Origin: an uncultured Ferrimonas sp.
GTDB taxonomy: Bacteria > Pseudomonadota > Gammaproteobacteria > Enterobacterales > Shewanellaceae
Direction of reading: 5' to 3'
Assembly (NCBI RefSeq): GCF_947489035.1
Contig: NZ_CANLCI010000003.1
Span: forward strand, 155,533 to 219,532
Length of the DNA: 64,000 bases
Shown here: one piece after another, positions 23,428 through 33,800 of the stretch
Position numbering within the stretch: position 1 is the first letter of the stretch
Layout: each line of letters begins with the position of its first letter
Program-made: the position numbers and the translations under genes
The notes under the pieces: model-generated
Told to the model about the DNA's origin: nothing
The model's input: only the letters and a program-made list of their open reading frames with translations
The model's database searches: none

Positions 23428-23565
23428 TTTATTCTCCTTGTAATGGGTTATCGGCAGAGCCGATCTATCTCTCCTTTTCCGGCGCCTATGATAGATCAAT
23501 CACACATGCAGGGGAATTGCACTTTTTGCTAGTCCCACCAACGGCTTCGGGAATACAATAGAGCG

Positions 23566-24210
23566 ATGACAGAGAAACGCCCCCAGCCTAAGCGCCCTCG
23601 CCGCGCCAAACCTCAATCCCACGCCCGAACGGCTCGATCGGCAAAGCCCGCTCGGCCAACTGGTCCACGTAAAGTGGTGCTAGTGAACAAGCCGTTCGAT
23701 GTATTGACTCAGTTCACCGATGGCCAAGGTCGACAAACCTTAGCGGACTACGTGGCCATTAAAGATATCTACCCCGCCGGCCGGCTCGATAGAGACTCGG
23801 AAGGCTTGGTGCTGCTAACCAACGATGGTCAACTGCAAGCCAAGCTCACCCAACCGGGCAAGAAAACCAGCAAAACCTATTTTGCTCAGGTAGAAGGCGT
23901 ACCCACGCCGGAGTCCATTGCCGCGTTATGCAAAGGCGTAGAGCTGAAAGATGGCATGACACTGCCCGCCAAAATCGAATTGGTAGAGCAGCCCCAGTGG
24001 TTATGGGCACGCAATCCCCCCATCCGAGAGCGCGCCAACATTCCAACCAGTTGGTTGCAGATCACCATCGTCGAAGGGCGTAACCGCCAAGTACGGCGCA
24101 TGACCGCCCACATCGGCCACCCAACCCTGCGCCTGATCCGCTATCGCATCGGCAGCTGGACTTTAGATGGCATTGAACTGGGCAAATACCGCCAGTTAGA
24201 TAACCTTTAA
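23566..24210 (+). CDS. rluE: 23S rRNA pseudouridine(2457) synthase RluE
   Basis: RsuA/RluE family with catalytic motif [17 protein letters not shown], a basic N-terminal tail, and a position next to icd as in E. coli. Confidence 0.88.
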   Translation: MTEKRPQPKRPRRAKPQSHARTARSAKPARPTGPRKVVLVNKPFDVLTQFTDGQGRQTLADYVAIKDIYPAGRLDRDSEGLVLLTNDGQLQAKLTQPGKKTSKTYFAQVEGVPTPESIAALCKGVELKDGMTLPAKIELVEQPQWLWARNPPIRERANIPTSWLQITIVEGRNRQVRRMTAHIGHPTLRLIRYRIGSWTLDGIELGKYRQLDNL

Positions 24211-24403
24211 GCGCTCGCCGTCGGTGCTGCCGCAAATATTGTTCAACAACAAAATGAGCAGCTTAAGTTTTTATTGCAGCTGGCGTATTGAAAACACGCC
24301 AGTACAGCCCCACTTTGCTGTTACGTTGGGATTGGCTCGAACTGTCGCACCCGTGATAGAATAGCCGCCTAAAAATTTCCACCTTTAAAATCATCCATTA
24401 CTT

Positions 24404-25507
24404 ATGTCTGAAAACCGCAATAAAAAGGTGATCGTCGGTATGTCCGGCGGCGTCGACTCTTCAGTATCCGCTTACCTATTGATGCAACAGGGCTACCAAG
24501 TGGAAGGCCTGTTCATGAAAAACTGGGAGGAAGACGACTCTGAAGAATACTGTGCTGCAGCTGATGATTTGGCTGACGCTCAAGCGGTTTGTGACAAGTT
24601 AGGGATTGAACTGCACAGCGTAAACTTCGCCGCCGAATACTGGGACAACGTCTTTGAATATTTCCTCGCGGAATACAAAGCCGGACGCACACCAAACCCA
24701 GATATCCTTTGCAACAAAGAGATCAAGTTCAAGGCGTTCTTAGAGTTTGCTGCCGAAGCCCTGCAGGCGGATTACATCGCCACCGGTCACTACGTTCGTC
24801 GTCGCGTTAACGCGGATGGCAGCGTGGAGATGCTGCGCGGCCTAGACAACAACAAAGATCAAAGTTACTTCCTCTATACCCTCGGCGAACAGCACGTCGG
24901 TCAAACCCTATTCCCTGTCGGCGAACTGGAAAAACCGGAAGTGCGCCGCATCGCTGAAGAACAAGGGCTGATCACTCACAATAAAAAAGACTCCACGGGG
25001 ATCTGCTTTATTGGCGAGCGCAAGTTTAAAGACTTCTTGGCCAAGTACCTGCCCGCCCAGCCGGGTAACATCGAAACCGCCGAAGGCGAAACCATTGGTA
25101 AGCATGAAGGCTTGATGTATCACACCCTAGGCCAGCGTAAAGGCTTAGGCATTGGTGGCATGAAGGAATCGGGTGCCGCGCCTTGGTACGTAGTAGATAA
25201 AGACGTTGAACGGAACGTATTGATTGTGGGTCAAGGTGCCGATCACCCGCGTCTGTTCTCTAAAGGTCTGATTGCGAATCAGCTGGACTGGGTTGATCGT
25301 AAGGGGCCTCAGCAGCAGTGCCAACTCACCGTGAAAACCCGTTATCGTCAACAAGACGTTAACTGTACGGTCACTCCACACGCTAATGGCGAGTTGCAGG
25401 TGATGTTTGACGAGCCGGTCAGTTCAGTAACCCCTGGACAGTCGGCGGTATTTTACCGTGGTGAAGTGTGCTTAGGCGGCGGCATCATTGAAAGCCTAAT
25501 CCGCTGA
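24404..25507 (+). CDS. mnmA: tRNA-specific 2-thiouridylase MnmA
   Basis: PP-loop [11 protein letters not shown], with conserved NPD..CN and DQSYFL motifs. Confidence 0.96.
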   Translation: MSENRNKKVIVGMSGGVDSSVSAYLLMQQGYQVEGLFMKNWEEDDSEEYCAAADDLADAQAVCDKLGIELHSVNFAAEYWDNVFEYFLAEYKAGRTPNPDILCNKEIKFKAFLEFAAEALQADYIATGHYVRRRVNADGSVEMLRGLDNNKDQSYFLYTLGEQHVGQTLFPVGELEKPEVRRIAEEQGLITHNKKDSTGICFIGERKFKDFLAKYLPAQPGNIETAEGETIGKHEGLMYHTLGQRKGLGIGGMKESGAAPWYVVDKDVERNVLIVGQGADHPRLFSKGLIANQLDWVDRKGPQQQCQLTVKTRYRQQDVNCTVTPHANGELQVMFDEPVSSVTPGQSAVFYRGEVCLGGGIIESLIR

Positions 25508-25514
25508 GGACAGC

Positions 25515-26120
25515 ATGAGCACAATTGAACTTCGTACCATGGCATTTGCTGGGATCTGCCAAGCAATCCATCAGGTACGCAATATCGCCCGTTACGGCAG
25601 CGCCGAAGAGAGCGACGTACGCGATTGCATCAATACCATCTTGGTTACTGATCCGGATCATCCCCGTGAAGTCTATGCCCAAGGTAGCCTAGAAGATGGC
25701 TATCAGGTGGTCATTGACCAACTTGGCGACAACGCCCGTAAAGACGTTGATCTTACCCGCTACCTTGTTGGGGTACTGGCACTGGAGCGCAAACTGAGCG
25801 CCAAGCCTGCCGCCTTAAGTATGCTGGCGGAACGATTAAGCCAAGTGAAGCGTCAGCAGCATCATTACGATCTGTTGGATGAACAGGTACTGGCAAATTT
25901 AGCTTCGGTTTATTCCGACGTGATCAGCCCTCTGGGCAGCCGTATTCAAGTGGTTGGCACGCCGGTTCAGCTTCAGAAAAAAATCAATCAATACAAAATC
26001 CGTACCCTACTGCTGGCTGCTGTACGCTCGGCCGTGTTGTGGCGGCAACTCGGTGGCAAACGTCGCCAACTGATGTTGTCGCGCAAGGCGATCGTGAAAA
26101 TTGCAGCCCAAGCAAAATAA
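25515..26120 (+). CDS. hflD: High-frequency-of-lysogenization protein HflD
   Basis: 201 aa with the AFAGICQA...V motif typical of HflD, between mnmA and purB as in E. coli. Confidence 0.88.
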   Translation: MSTIELRTMAFAGICQAIHQVRNIARYGSAEESDVRDCINTILVTDPDHPREVYAQGSLEDGYQVVIDQLGDNARKDVDLTRYLVGVLALERKLSAKPAALSMLAERLSQVKRQQHHYDLLDEQVLANLASVYSDVISPLGSRIQVVGTPVQLQKKINQYKIRTLLLAAVRSAVLWRQLGGKRRQLMLSRKAIVKIAAQAK

Positions 26121-26129
26121 TTACAATAA

Positions 26130-27518
<1,389 letters not shown>

Positions 27519-27531
27519 GCGCCCGCCTATT

Positions 27532-27563
27532 AAACGCCACCGCAAGGTGGCGTTTTGGTTTTT
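27532..27563 (+). terminator. Rho-independent terminator after purB
   Basis: cgccacc-gcaa-ggtggcg followed by ttttggttttt. Confidence 0.8.
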
Positions 27564-27572
27564 AAGGATCTT

Positions 27573-28691
27573 ATGAATCAACTGCAGATCGACATCCCGC
27601 ATTTTCTCAAGCACGACTGGCAACAGCAGCCTCGGCTATTCAAAGGCGCTTTTACTGACTTTGACGATCCGATCAGCCCAGACGAGCTGGCCGGGCTCGC
27701 ATTAGAAGACGGTGCAGCCGCGCGGATGATCCACACCAAAGCGGATCACTGGCTTGCACAAGATGGCGCACCGGAAGACTACAGCCCCTTAGGAGACAAC
27801 AACTGGCAACTGTTAGTGCAAGCCATTAACCACTTTGTGGATGACGGACAACAGTTAGCTCGCCAGTTTCGCTTTCTGCCCGATTGGCGCTTTGATGACT
27901 TGATGGCGTCGTTTGCGGTTGAAGGCGGTGGCGTTGGCCCCCACATCGACAACTACGATGTTTTTATCATTCAAGGGCAAGGGAAGCGCCATTGGCAAGT
28001 GGGCGACCGCGGTGATCACCCTAAGCGTGCCGATAACAGCAACATGAGTCTGGTTGCCGATTTTGAGCCGATCATTGATATGGTGATGGAACCCGGCGAT
28101 CTGCTTTACATCCCCGTTGGTTTCCCCCATTGCGGTCGCTCGCTCGTGCCGTCGCTGTCCTACTCCGTCGGTTTTCGGGCCCCAAGCCAGCAAGAATTGC
28201 TGTCTGCCTTAGCCGATGTGCTGGTTGATAACAACTTAGGGGAACAGCGCTACCAACAAGCTGACGACAACCCCCAGCCATCGCAGATCAGCACCGAGCA
28301 ACAGCAAGGCTTTGCTGCCTTAGTGAGCGCCACGTTAAACGGCGATGGTTGGCAACAGGCACTGGGTTGTGCCCTAAGCCAAAATCGGTTTGAACTGGCG
28401 TTAGAGCCACAGGCCATCGACGCCGAGCAATTACTGCAAGCGCTGCAAGCCGGGGCGCAACTGCAGCGGACCCCGGGCGTGAAGTGTTTACAGGTGCAAG
28501 ACGACCGGCAAACACGGCTGTTTATTGATGGTCAGATCTGGGTGTTGCCCAGCGATTTAAGTGCCCAAGCGGCGCAACTGGCTCAATCTGATCAGCTCAG
28601 CTGGCCGCAATTGGCGCCATTGTGCCAACAGCAAAACGCCTTAGCTGAGCTGCTTAGTTGGGTGCAACAGGGCTATTGGTACCTCGATTAA
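27573..28691 (+). CDS. roxA: Ribosomal protein uL16 arginine hydroxylase (JmjC/cupin-4; YcfD/RoxA)
   Basis: Colinear with E. coli YcfD (DPISPDELAGLA, GGGVGPHIDNYDVFIIQG.G.R.W, PGD.LYIP.GFPH, YSVGFRAP). I chose ATG 27573, which has an AAGGA RBS. The track TTG at 27555 lies inside the purB terminator. Confidence 0.88.
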   Translation: MNQLQIDIPHFLKHDWQQQPRLFKGAFTDFDDPISPDELAGLALEDGAAARMIHTKADHWLAQDGAPEDYSPLGDNNWQLLVQAINHFVDDGQQLARQFRFLPDWRFDDLMASFAVEGGGVGPHIDNYDVFIIQGQGKRHWQVGDRGDHPKRADNSNMSLVADFEPIIDMVMEPGDLLYIPVGFPHCGRSLVPSLSYSVGFRAPSQQELLSALADVLVDNNLGEQRYQQADDNPQPSQISTEQQQGFAALVSATLNGDGWQQALGCALSQNRFELALEPQAIDAEQLLQALQAGAQLQRTPGVKCLQVQDDRQTRLFIDGQIWVLPSDLSAQAAQLAQSDQLSWPQLAPLCQQQNALAELLSWVQQGYWYLD

Positions 28692-28699
28692 GCGCCCAC

Positions 28700-28731
28700 A
28701 AAAAAGCCGCCTAACGGCGGCTTTCTCTTTT
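28700..28731. terminator. Bidirectional terminator between convergent roxA and the 28744 gene
   Basis: aaaaaa-gccgcc-taac-ggcggc-tttctctttt. Confidence 0.8.
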
Positions 28732-28743
28732 CAAGCAATCGCT

Positions 28744-29169
28744 TTAACTGGCCAGTTTCGATTTCATTTCGCCCCAAAGGCGATCATCGCGGTGCATCTT
28801 TGCCATCGCTTCAGCGCGGCTAACCATCAGTTTTGCCAACTCAACTTGAGTCTTTTCACCACTGCGCAGCAGGTTTTCTGCTTTCATTTGCCACAGTAAC
28901 GAAAAATGGTGCAACGCATCACGCGCGTTCGCGGCCGTGCTTTCCGCCACCATGTCCGTTGGTAAATCGCCACTTAATACCCAGTAGCGACGCTTATGCG
29001 GAGACTTATCTTCCATCTTCCATAAGGCAACAAAGGGTGGCAGCTGACGGGACTCTTTTACCAGTACCTTTCCTGGCAAAATTCCCTTCTCTGCCATGTG
29101 CTTATTCGCCTTTTGAAATTGCTCTCGCACCCAGGCTTGTTGCTTTTGTTGTTGGGCCTGTTCAGACAT
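28744..29169 (-). CDS. Hypothetical cytoplasmic protein (possibly the DUF4826 family; assignment from memory only)
   Basis: 141 aa from MSEQAQQQKQQAW, with a GGAAGG-like RBS upstream. No catalytic motif is visible. Confidence 0.6.
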   Translation of the reverse strand: MSEQAQQQKQQAWVREQFQKANKHMAEKGILPGKVLVKESRQLPPFVALWKMEDKSPHKRRYWVLSGDLPTDMVAESTAANARDALHHFSLLWQMKAENLLRSGEKTQVELAKLMVSRAEAMAKMHRDDRLWGEMKSKLAS

Positions 29170-29375
29170 GCTTCCTTCCTGATTCTTATGCACATTTCCA
29201 GCGCCCAATGTCTATGAGGATCACGTTATTGTCAAGCAGACGTTCCAGCCATTAGCAACTTGGCAACAATTTGCTTTTGGTAGTTACAGAATGCGCTGGT
29301 AAGGTGCGTCCATAATCAAAACATAAGGGCAGTATCAGCAGATACCGACCCAACAATAGGCATGGAGTAAGCAAG

Positions 29376-30407
29376 GTGGCGATATTTTCACACCCATCAT
29401 TCGATCAGCATGAGAAAGTGCTGTTTGTTACCGACGAAGCGTCTGGCTTGAAGGCGATTGTTGCCGTTCACGACACCACCATGGGCCCTGCCGTTGGCGG
29501 TTGTCGCATGTGGCCTTACGCCAGCGACGAAGAAGCCATCACCGATGTGCTGCGCCTGTCTCGCGGCATGACCTACAAAAACGCCTTGGCTGGACTGGAT
29601 TTTGGCGGCGGTAAGTCGGTCATCATTGGCGATCATCGCACCGACAAATCGGAAGAGCTGTTCCGTGCCTTCGGCCGCGCTATCGACGCATTGGGTGGCG
29701 CTTACTACTCTGCTGAAGATGTGGGGATCACCACCGCGGATATCATGATTGCCCATCAAGAAACCCCTTACATGATGGGTTTGGAAGGCAAGAGTGGCGA
29801 TCCTTCACCTTACACCGCGCTGGGTACCTTCTTAGGCATTAAAGCCGCGCTGAAGTACCAACGTAATATTGATGATCTGAGCGGCGTTAAAGTCGCGGTA
29901 CAGGGGCTGGGCCACGTGGGTTACTACCTGTGTGAGCACCTGCATCAAGCCGGCGCTGAGCTGATTGTGTGTGATTTGAACGAGCAACAACTGGAGCGCG
30001 CCAAAACCGAGCTAAACGCCACCGTTGTTGGCTTAGATGAAATCTACAGCCAAGACGTAGACGTTTACGCCCCGTGTGCCTTAGGTGCCACCATCAACGA
30101 CAACACCATCCCACAGCTGAAGGCAACCATTGTTGCCGGTTGTGCCAACAACCAGCTGGCAGAGCCCCGCCATGGCGAGATCCTGCGTGACAAAGGCATC
30201 CTGTACGCCCCAGATTACGTGATCAATGCCGGTGGCATCATTAACGTGTCGTTTGAAAGCGATTACAACGCCGATGCCTCGGAAGCCAAGGTACGCAAGA
30301 TCTACCAAACCTTGCAGGACATCTTTGCTGAAGCAGACAAGTCTGGCAAAACCACCGCAGTGGTTGCCGATGAGATGGCACGCGCCATCATTGCTGCCAA
30401 CAAGTAA
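29376..30407 (+). CDS. Glu/Leu/Phe/Val dehydrogenase family protein, leucine-dehydrogenase-like
   Basis: 343 aa with catalytic-lysine region GLDFGGGKSVIIGD and Rossmann motif VAVQGLGHVG. It has a GTG start with GGAG 8 nt upstream. Confidence 0.85.
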   Translation: MAIFSHPSFDQHEKVLFVTDEASGLKAIVAVHDTTMGPAVGGCRMWPYASDEEAITDVLRLSRGMTYKNALAGLDFGGGKSVIIGDHRTDKSEELFRAFGRAIDALGGAYYSAEDVGITTADIMIAHQETPYMMGLEGKSGDPSPYTALGTFLGIKAALKYQRNIDDLSGVKVAVQGLGHVGYYLCEHLHQAGAELIVCDLNEQQLERAKTELNATVVGLDEIYSQDVDVYAPCALGATINDNTIPQLKATIVAGCANNQLAEPRHGEILRDKGILYAPDYVINAGGIINVSFESDYNADASEAKVRKIYQTLQDIFAEADKSGKTTAVVADEMARAIIAANK

Positions 30408-30422
30408 TGGCTAACAACCATT

Positions 30423-30451
30423 AAAAAAGGGATCTTCGGATCCCTTTTTTG
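30423..30451. terminator. Bidirectional terminator between convergent dehydrogenase and CAP-domain genes
   Basis: aaaaaa-gggatc-ttcg-gatccc-tttttt. Confidence 0.85.
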
Positions 30452-30482
30452 TTGCCTTGGCTCGACTGAACTGGGCTGAACA

Positions 30483-31007
30483 TTATGGTTTTTCAAGTAA
30501 CACTACTTGATCGTCGCTGCCATCCTCTTTGCGTGCGACATACACCGCCCAATAGGTAATATGAGGCGATTCCCAGCGATAGTAATAGCCCACCCCTATC
30601 TCATCTTGCTCACGGTAGGATGGGTGCTCACCAAGCAGGTGCCGACGATGGCCCTCTGACGCCTTAAACTCTTGCCACATGGTCGCCGCATCATCATAGC
30701 CCCCGGCCACCGCTTCAATTTGATTCGAGATCCCAATGCCATAGCGCCGATCCAATGGATAACCCATCTCAATCACGCGAGAATTCGCCCCGCCGCCGCC
30801 CCAATGATTCACATGACCCGACAACGCCATCTCTTTGGCTTTTTTAGCCGCTAACTGAGTCAACTTGGCATCACAACGAAGTTGTGGCCGCTGCTGTTTA
30901 TCATCCAAGATAATCAACGCCGCTAACTGCCGCGCCTCTTTGGTAAAACCACACTCTGCTGGTACATCCGTCGCCGCTACTGAAGCTAACAATAACGTCC
31001 CTATCAT
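30483..31007 (-). CDS. CAP/SCP (PR-1-like, YkwD-type) domain secreted protein
   Basis: A signal-like N-terminus (MIGTLLLASVAATD) with an AAGGAG RBS. CAP-domain features are present (HVNHWGG..., EGHRRHLLG). The track ORF extends to 31139 without support. Confidence 0.7.
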   Translation of the reverse strand: MIGTLLLASVAATDVPAECGFTKEARQLAALIILDDKQQRPQLRCDAKLTQLAAKKAKEMALSGHVNHWGGGGANSRVIEMGYPLDRRYGIGISNQIEAVAGGYDDAATMWQEFKASEGHRRHLLGEHPSYREQDEIGVGYYYRWESPHITYWAVYVARKEDGSDDQVVLLEKP

Positions 31008-31142
31008 CGCTTTGCTCCTTCTAGGTCGCTTATCATTACCCTCCAACATAACGGCAGCAGGCGATTCATTAAAGATGAATTTTTCCGACAAAAACGCTAA
31101 GGTAAGCGCCGTTATAATTTCCGCAGCAAGAGATCTCAACCT

Positions 31143-31628
31143 ATGGCGACACTGCCTATCCCCGATAACGCCACGCTTCAGTCTTGGCTACAACAGTTTG
31201 AGATCGACTTCTTCCTCTGTGGCAGCTGTGAAGGGTTGCACTTACCGATCCTGCAAGAACACAACGCGATCTACGACGCCAAAGTCGAGATTGAAGGAGA
31301 TTTCGTTTATCTCACCGCCTCAATTGAGCTGAGACCAACCGGCCTGATGCAAGCTTTTGCCGAATTAAGCCGACTGAACAGCCACTACCCTACCCTAAAG
31401 ATCTTCATCGAAATGATTGACGAATCTTTACCGCGGTTGCTGTTGGCGCAGAATATGCCTCTGCCGGTGGGACTGAGCGAAACACAGTTTGAGTTTTTTG
31501 TGCGCGACGGCATTGATCAGATGAATCAAGTGGCCGACGAAGTGGCTAAGCTCAATATCAACTTTGTGGAAGATGGCGCTGAAGAGGTGCAAGTTGAAAC
31601 CGTACCAAACACCATGGTCATGCACTAA
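31143..31628 (+). CDS. YbjN-like (type III secretion chaperone-like fold) protein
   Basis: 161 aa, acidic and cytoplasmic. The family call rests on overall resemblance only. Confidence 0.55.
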   Translation: MATLPIPDNATLQSWLQQFEIDFFLCGSCEGLHLPILQEHNAIYDAKVEIEGDFVYLTASIELRPTGLMQAFAELSRLNSHYPTLKIFIEMIDESLPRLLLAQNMPLPVGLSETQFEFFVRDGIDQMNQVADEVAKLNINFVEDGAEEVQVETVPNTMVMH

Positions 31629-31657
31629 CTGCGGCATTGGCGCGAACAAAAACAGAT

Positions 31658-31686
31658 AAAAAAACGCCGGCTTGCGCCGGCGTTTT
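31658..31686. terminator. Bidirectional terminator shared by the YbjN-like gene (+) and the small ORF (-)
   Basis: aaaaaaa-acgccggc-ttgc-gccggcgt-ttt. An 8-bp GC stem. Confidence 0.85.
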
Positions 31687-31709
31687 CGGAAGTTACCAAC
31701 AGCACTCTG

Positions 31710-31796
31710 TTAGAAAAAAATAAACGCACTGAAAACGACAATGATGCTGAGTGCAAACACAGACATCGCCAGTGCGTACTTAACGTCAGTAGACAT
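31710..31796 (-). CDS. 28-aa single-TM small protein, YnhF/CydH-like (cytochrome bd-I accessory subunit family)
   Basis: Hand translation gives MSTDVKYALAMSVFALSIIVVFSAFIFF*. AAGGAA lies 7 nt upstream of the ATG and a terminator lies about 25 nt downstream. The N-terminus MSTD(V/L)K(Y/F)(A/S)L matches my recollection of E. coli YnhF (MSTDLKFSLV...). It falls below the 60-aa cut-off of the ORF track. Confidence 0.6.
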   Translation of the reverse strand: MSTDVKYALAMSVFALSIIVVFSAFIFF

Positions 31797-31870
31797 TAGG
31801 CATTCCTTACAGTGGTTAGCATCTCCCCCCAGTCACTAGGATATGGATTCTGCCGCTAAATTTCAGAGCA

Positions 31871-31910
31871 GCAACAGCAGGCTGTGATCACCATCACAGC
31901 CTGCTGTTGC
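31871..31910. repeat. Perfect inverted repeat (18-bp arms, 4-nt loop)
   Basis: gcaacagcaggctgtgat-cacc-atcacagcctgctgttgc. A31870/T31911 extend it to 19 bp. No U-run is present on either strand. It lies in the divergent intergenic region between the small ORF and gloA. Confidence 0.95.
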
Positions 31911-31999
31911 TAAAGCCTTAAGCGCCACCTTCGCTCACTGTTTCAGCAAGAGCAACTTTGTTATTATTCAACAAACTTTTGAATTAAAAGGACAATATT

Positions 32000-32416
32000 A
32001 TGTCTCAGGTTCTCCACACCATGCTGCGCGTTGCCAACTTAGACGCGGCAATCGCCTTCTACACCGATGTGCTTGGCATGAAGCTATTGCGCCAATCCAG
32101 CAACGAAGAGTACCAATACACCCTCGCATTTGTCGGCTACGGCGATGAAAGTGAAGGCCATGCGGTGATCGAGCTGACCTACAACTGGGGGACTGACCGC
32201 TATGAACACGGCAACGCCTTTGGCCATATCGCGCTAGGCTTCGACGACATCTACGCCGCTTGCGATAAAATTCGCGCCAGTGGCGGCAACATTACCCGCG
32301 AGCCCGGCCCAGTATTAGGCGGCTCAACCCACATCGCCTTTGTTACCGATCCAGATGGTTACAAAATTGAATTGATTCAGCGTTCACAAGCCACGGCTGG
32401 CTTAGGTAACGACTGA
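32000..32416 (+). CDS. gloA: Lactoylglutathione lyase (glyoxalase I)
   Basis: [21 protein letters not shown] ... ELTYNWG ... GHIA matches Ni-type GloA. Confidence 0.95.
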   Translation: MSQVLHTMLRVANLDAAIAFYTDVLGMKLLRQSSNEEYQYTLAFVGYGDESEGHAVIELTYNWGTDRYEHGNAFGHIALGFDDIYAACDKIRASGGNITREPGPVLGGSTHIAFVTDPDGYKIELIQRSQATAGLGND

Positions 32417-32757
32417 TGCTAGGCTGGTCGCTAGTATTACTGTGGGCGCTGTTGCTGGTGCTCATCGGGCCGCTGCCGTTGCTGCCGCTGTACTTGGCGA
32501 TCAGCTTACTCACCCTGCTGCTGTATGGGCTGGATAAACAGCGTGCCATTCGCCAGCAGCGCCGAGTCGCAGAGAACACACTGCAACTGTTTGCGCTGCT
32601 GTTTGGCTGGCCAGGCGCCTTAGCGGCGCGGCAGATGTTTCGACACAAAACCCAAAAGCAGCCTTTTACGGCGATACTCTACGTTATCGTTGCCGGTCAC
32701 TTTGGCGCATTGCTGCTGTACCACTTAAGTCAGCGACAGTTATTGCCGACTTTTTAA
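32416..32757 (+). CDS. DUF1294 family membrane protein
   Basis: LLYGLDKQRAIRQQRRVAENTLQLFALLFGWPGALAARQMFRHKTQKQPF is the characteristic DUF1294 core. Its start overlaps the gloA stop (TGATG). Confidence 0.8.
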   Translation: MLGWSLVLLWALLLVLIGPLPLLPLYLAISLLTLLLYGLDKQRAIRQQRRVAENTLQLFALLFGWPGALAARQMFRHKTQKQPFTAILYVIVAGHFGALLLYHLSQRQLLPTF

Positions 32758-32836
32758 ACTTGCCGCACAAAAATCAATCATGGCGATAGACAAGCCGCTG
32801 CCGATGTAGACAATACCCCTCTTTTTCTGGGGCAAC

Positions 32837-33340
32837 GTGGTTGTGATAGTCGCGCAAACAATTGGATTGATCGCCATGGCGATGGGCTGGTGGGCCAACA
32901 GTCGTCAAAGTGATCAGCAATTACTGCGTGCCAATTCCGTCGCCGCCTTACTGACCGCACTCCACTTCGGGCTCATGGGCAGCCCATTAGGCATGAGCAA
33001 CCAGTTAGTCAACGCCGGTCGCTTTGCCTTAAGCCAACACGCACGCCATTGGTTGCTCCCGCTTGGGTTCGCCGCTTTAGCGTTACTGCAGGGGATTCTG
33101 CTTGCCAATCACTGGAGCGAATGGCTGGTTGTAAGTGCAGCGGTGATCAGCTCGTTTTTGCTGTTTTACGCCCACGGCTGGCGATTGCGGCTCGGGTTAT
33201 TACTTTGCGCCGCTTTGAATCTGACTTTATCCCTCTACCTGTGGTCTTATTCTGGCATTATCTATCAAACAGTTAATGCATCCATGTTGATCAACTCTTT
33301 ATGGCAAAGCCGCAACAGCCCGGCGTTTGCAGTCGATTAA
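32837..33340 (+). CDS. YgjV-like inner-membrane protein
   Basis: 167 aa with about five TM helices and a YgjV-type N-terminus (QTIGLIAMAMGWWANSRQSD..LL). It has a GTG start. Confidence 0.65.
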   Translation: MVVIVAQTIGLIAMAMGWWANSRQSDQQLLRANSVAALLTALHFGLMGSPLGMSNQLVNAGRFALSQHARHWLLPLGFAALALLQGILLANHWSEWLVVSAAVISSFLLFYAHGWRLRLGLLLCAALNLTLSLYLWSYSGIIYQTVNASMLINSLWQSRNSPAFAVD

Positions 33341-33380
33341 GTTACACTTAATAGGCAGGCACTGCATGGAGGAAGCTGTG

Positions 33381-33800
33381 ATGTCCATGCGTTTTTATTT
33401 GGTTGAATTTGACAACATTGCCTTTGAAGGGATGCTTAGCCAAGATGGCCCCCACATTAAACGACTCGGCGGCGGGGGCGTGCCCATCGGCGAAGCGGAA
33501 TTACACTACGGCGATCCCATCGATCCGAATTGGCGTTTGGTTGGTCAACATCAAGCGTTGGCCTTAGCCGAGCTCACTGAAACGCAGCTGTTAGAATTAG
33601 CCACCCACTTTGGTTTGCCTCTGCGTACCGCCCCCAATGAGCGAGTCAGCGGCGGCGACTTTTTTAATAGCCCAGCCTTTGATGGCTTACGCCAATGGGT
33701 GCAGCAACACCCCACCAAAGCCAAGCAGATCGCGCAGCAACGCCATCAGCGCACCGTAGGTTGGTTTGAAGCGTGCGTTGCCGCTAACGAGCTTAACTGA
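33381..33800 (+). CDS. Hypothetical protein
   Basis: 139 aa from MSMRFYLVEFDN, with GGAGG 8 nt upstream of ATG 33381. The track ORF starts at TTG 33327. I recognised no family. Confidence 0.55.
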   Translation: MSMRFYLVEFDNIAFEGMLSQDGPHIKRLGGGGVPIGEAELHYGDPIDPNWRLVGQHQALALAELTETQLLELATHFGLPLRTAPNERVSGGDFFNSPAFDGLRQWVQQHPTKAKQIAQQRHQRTVGWFEACVAANELN

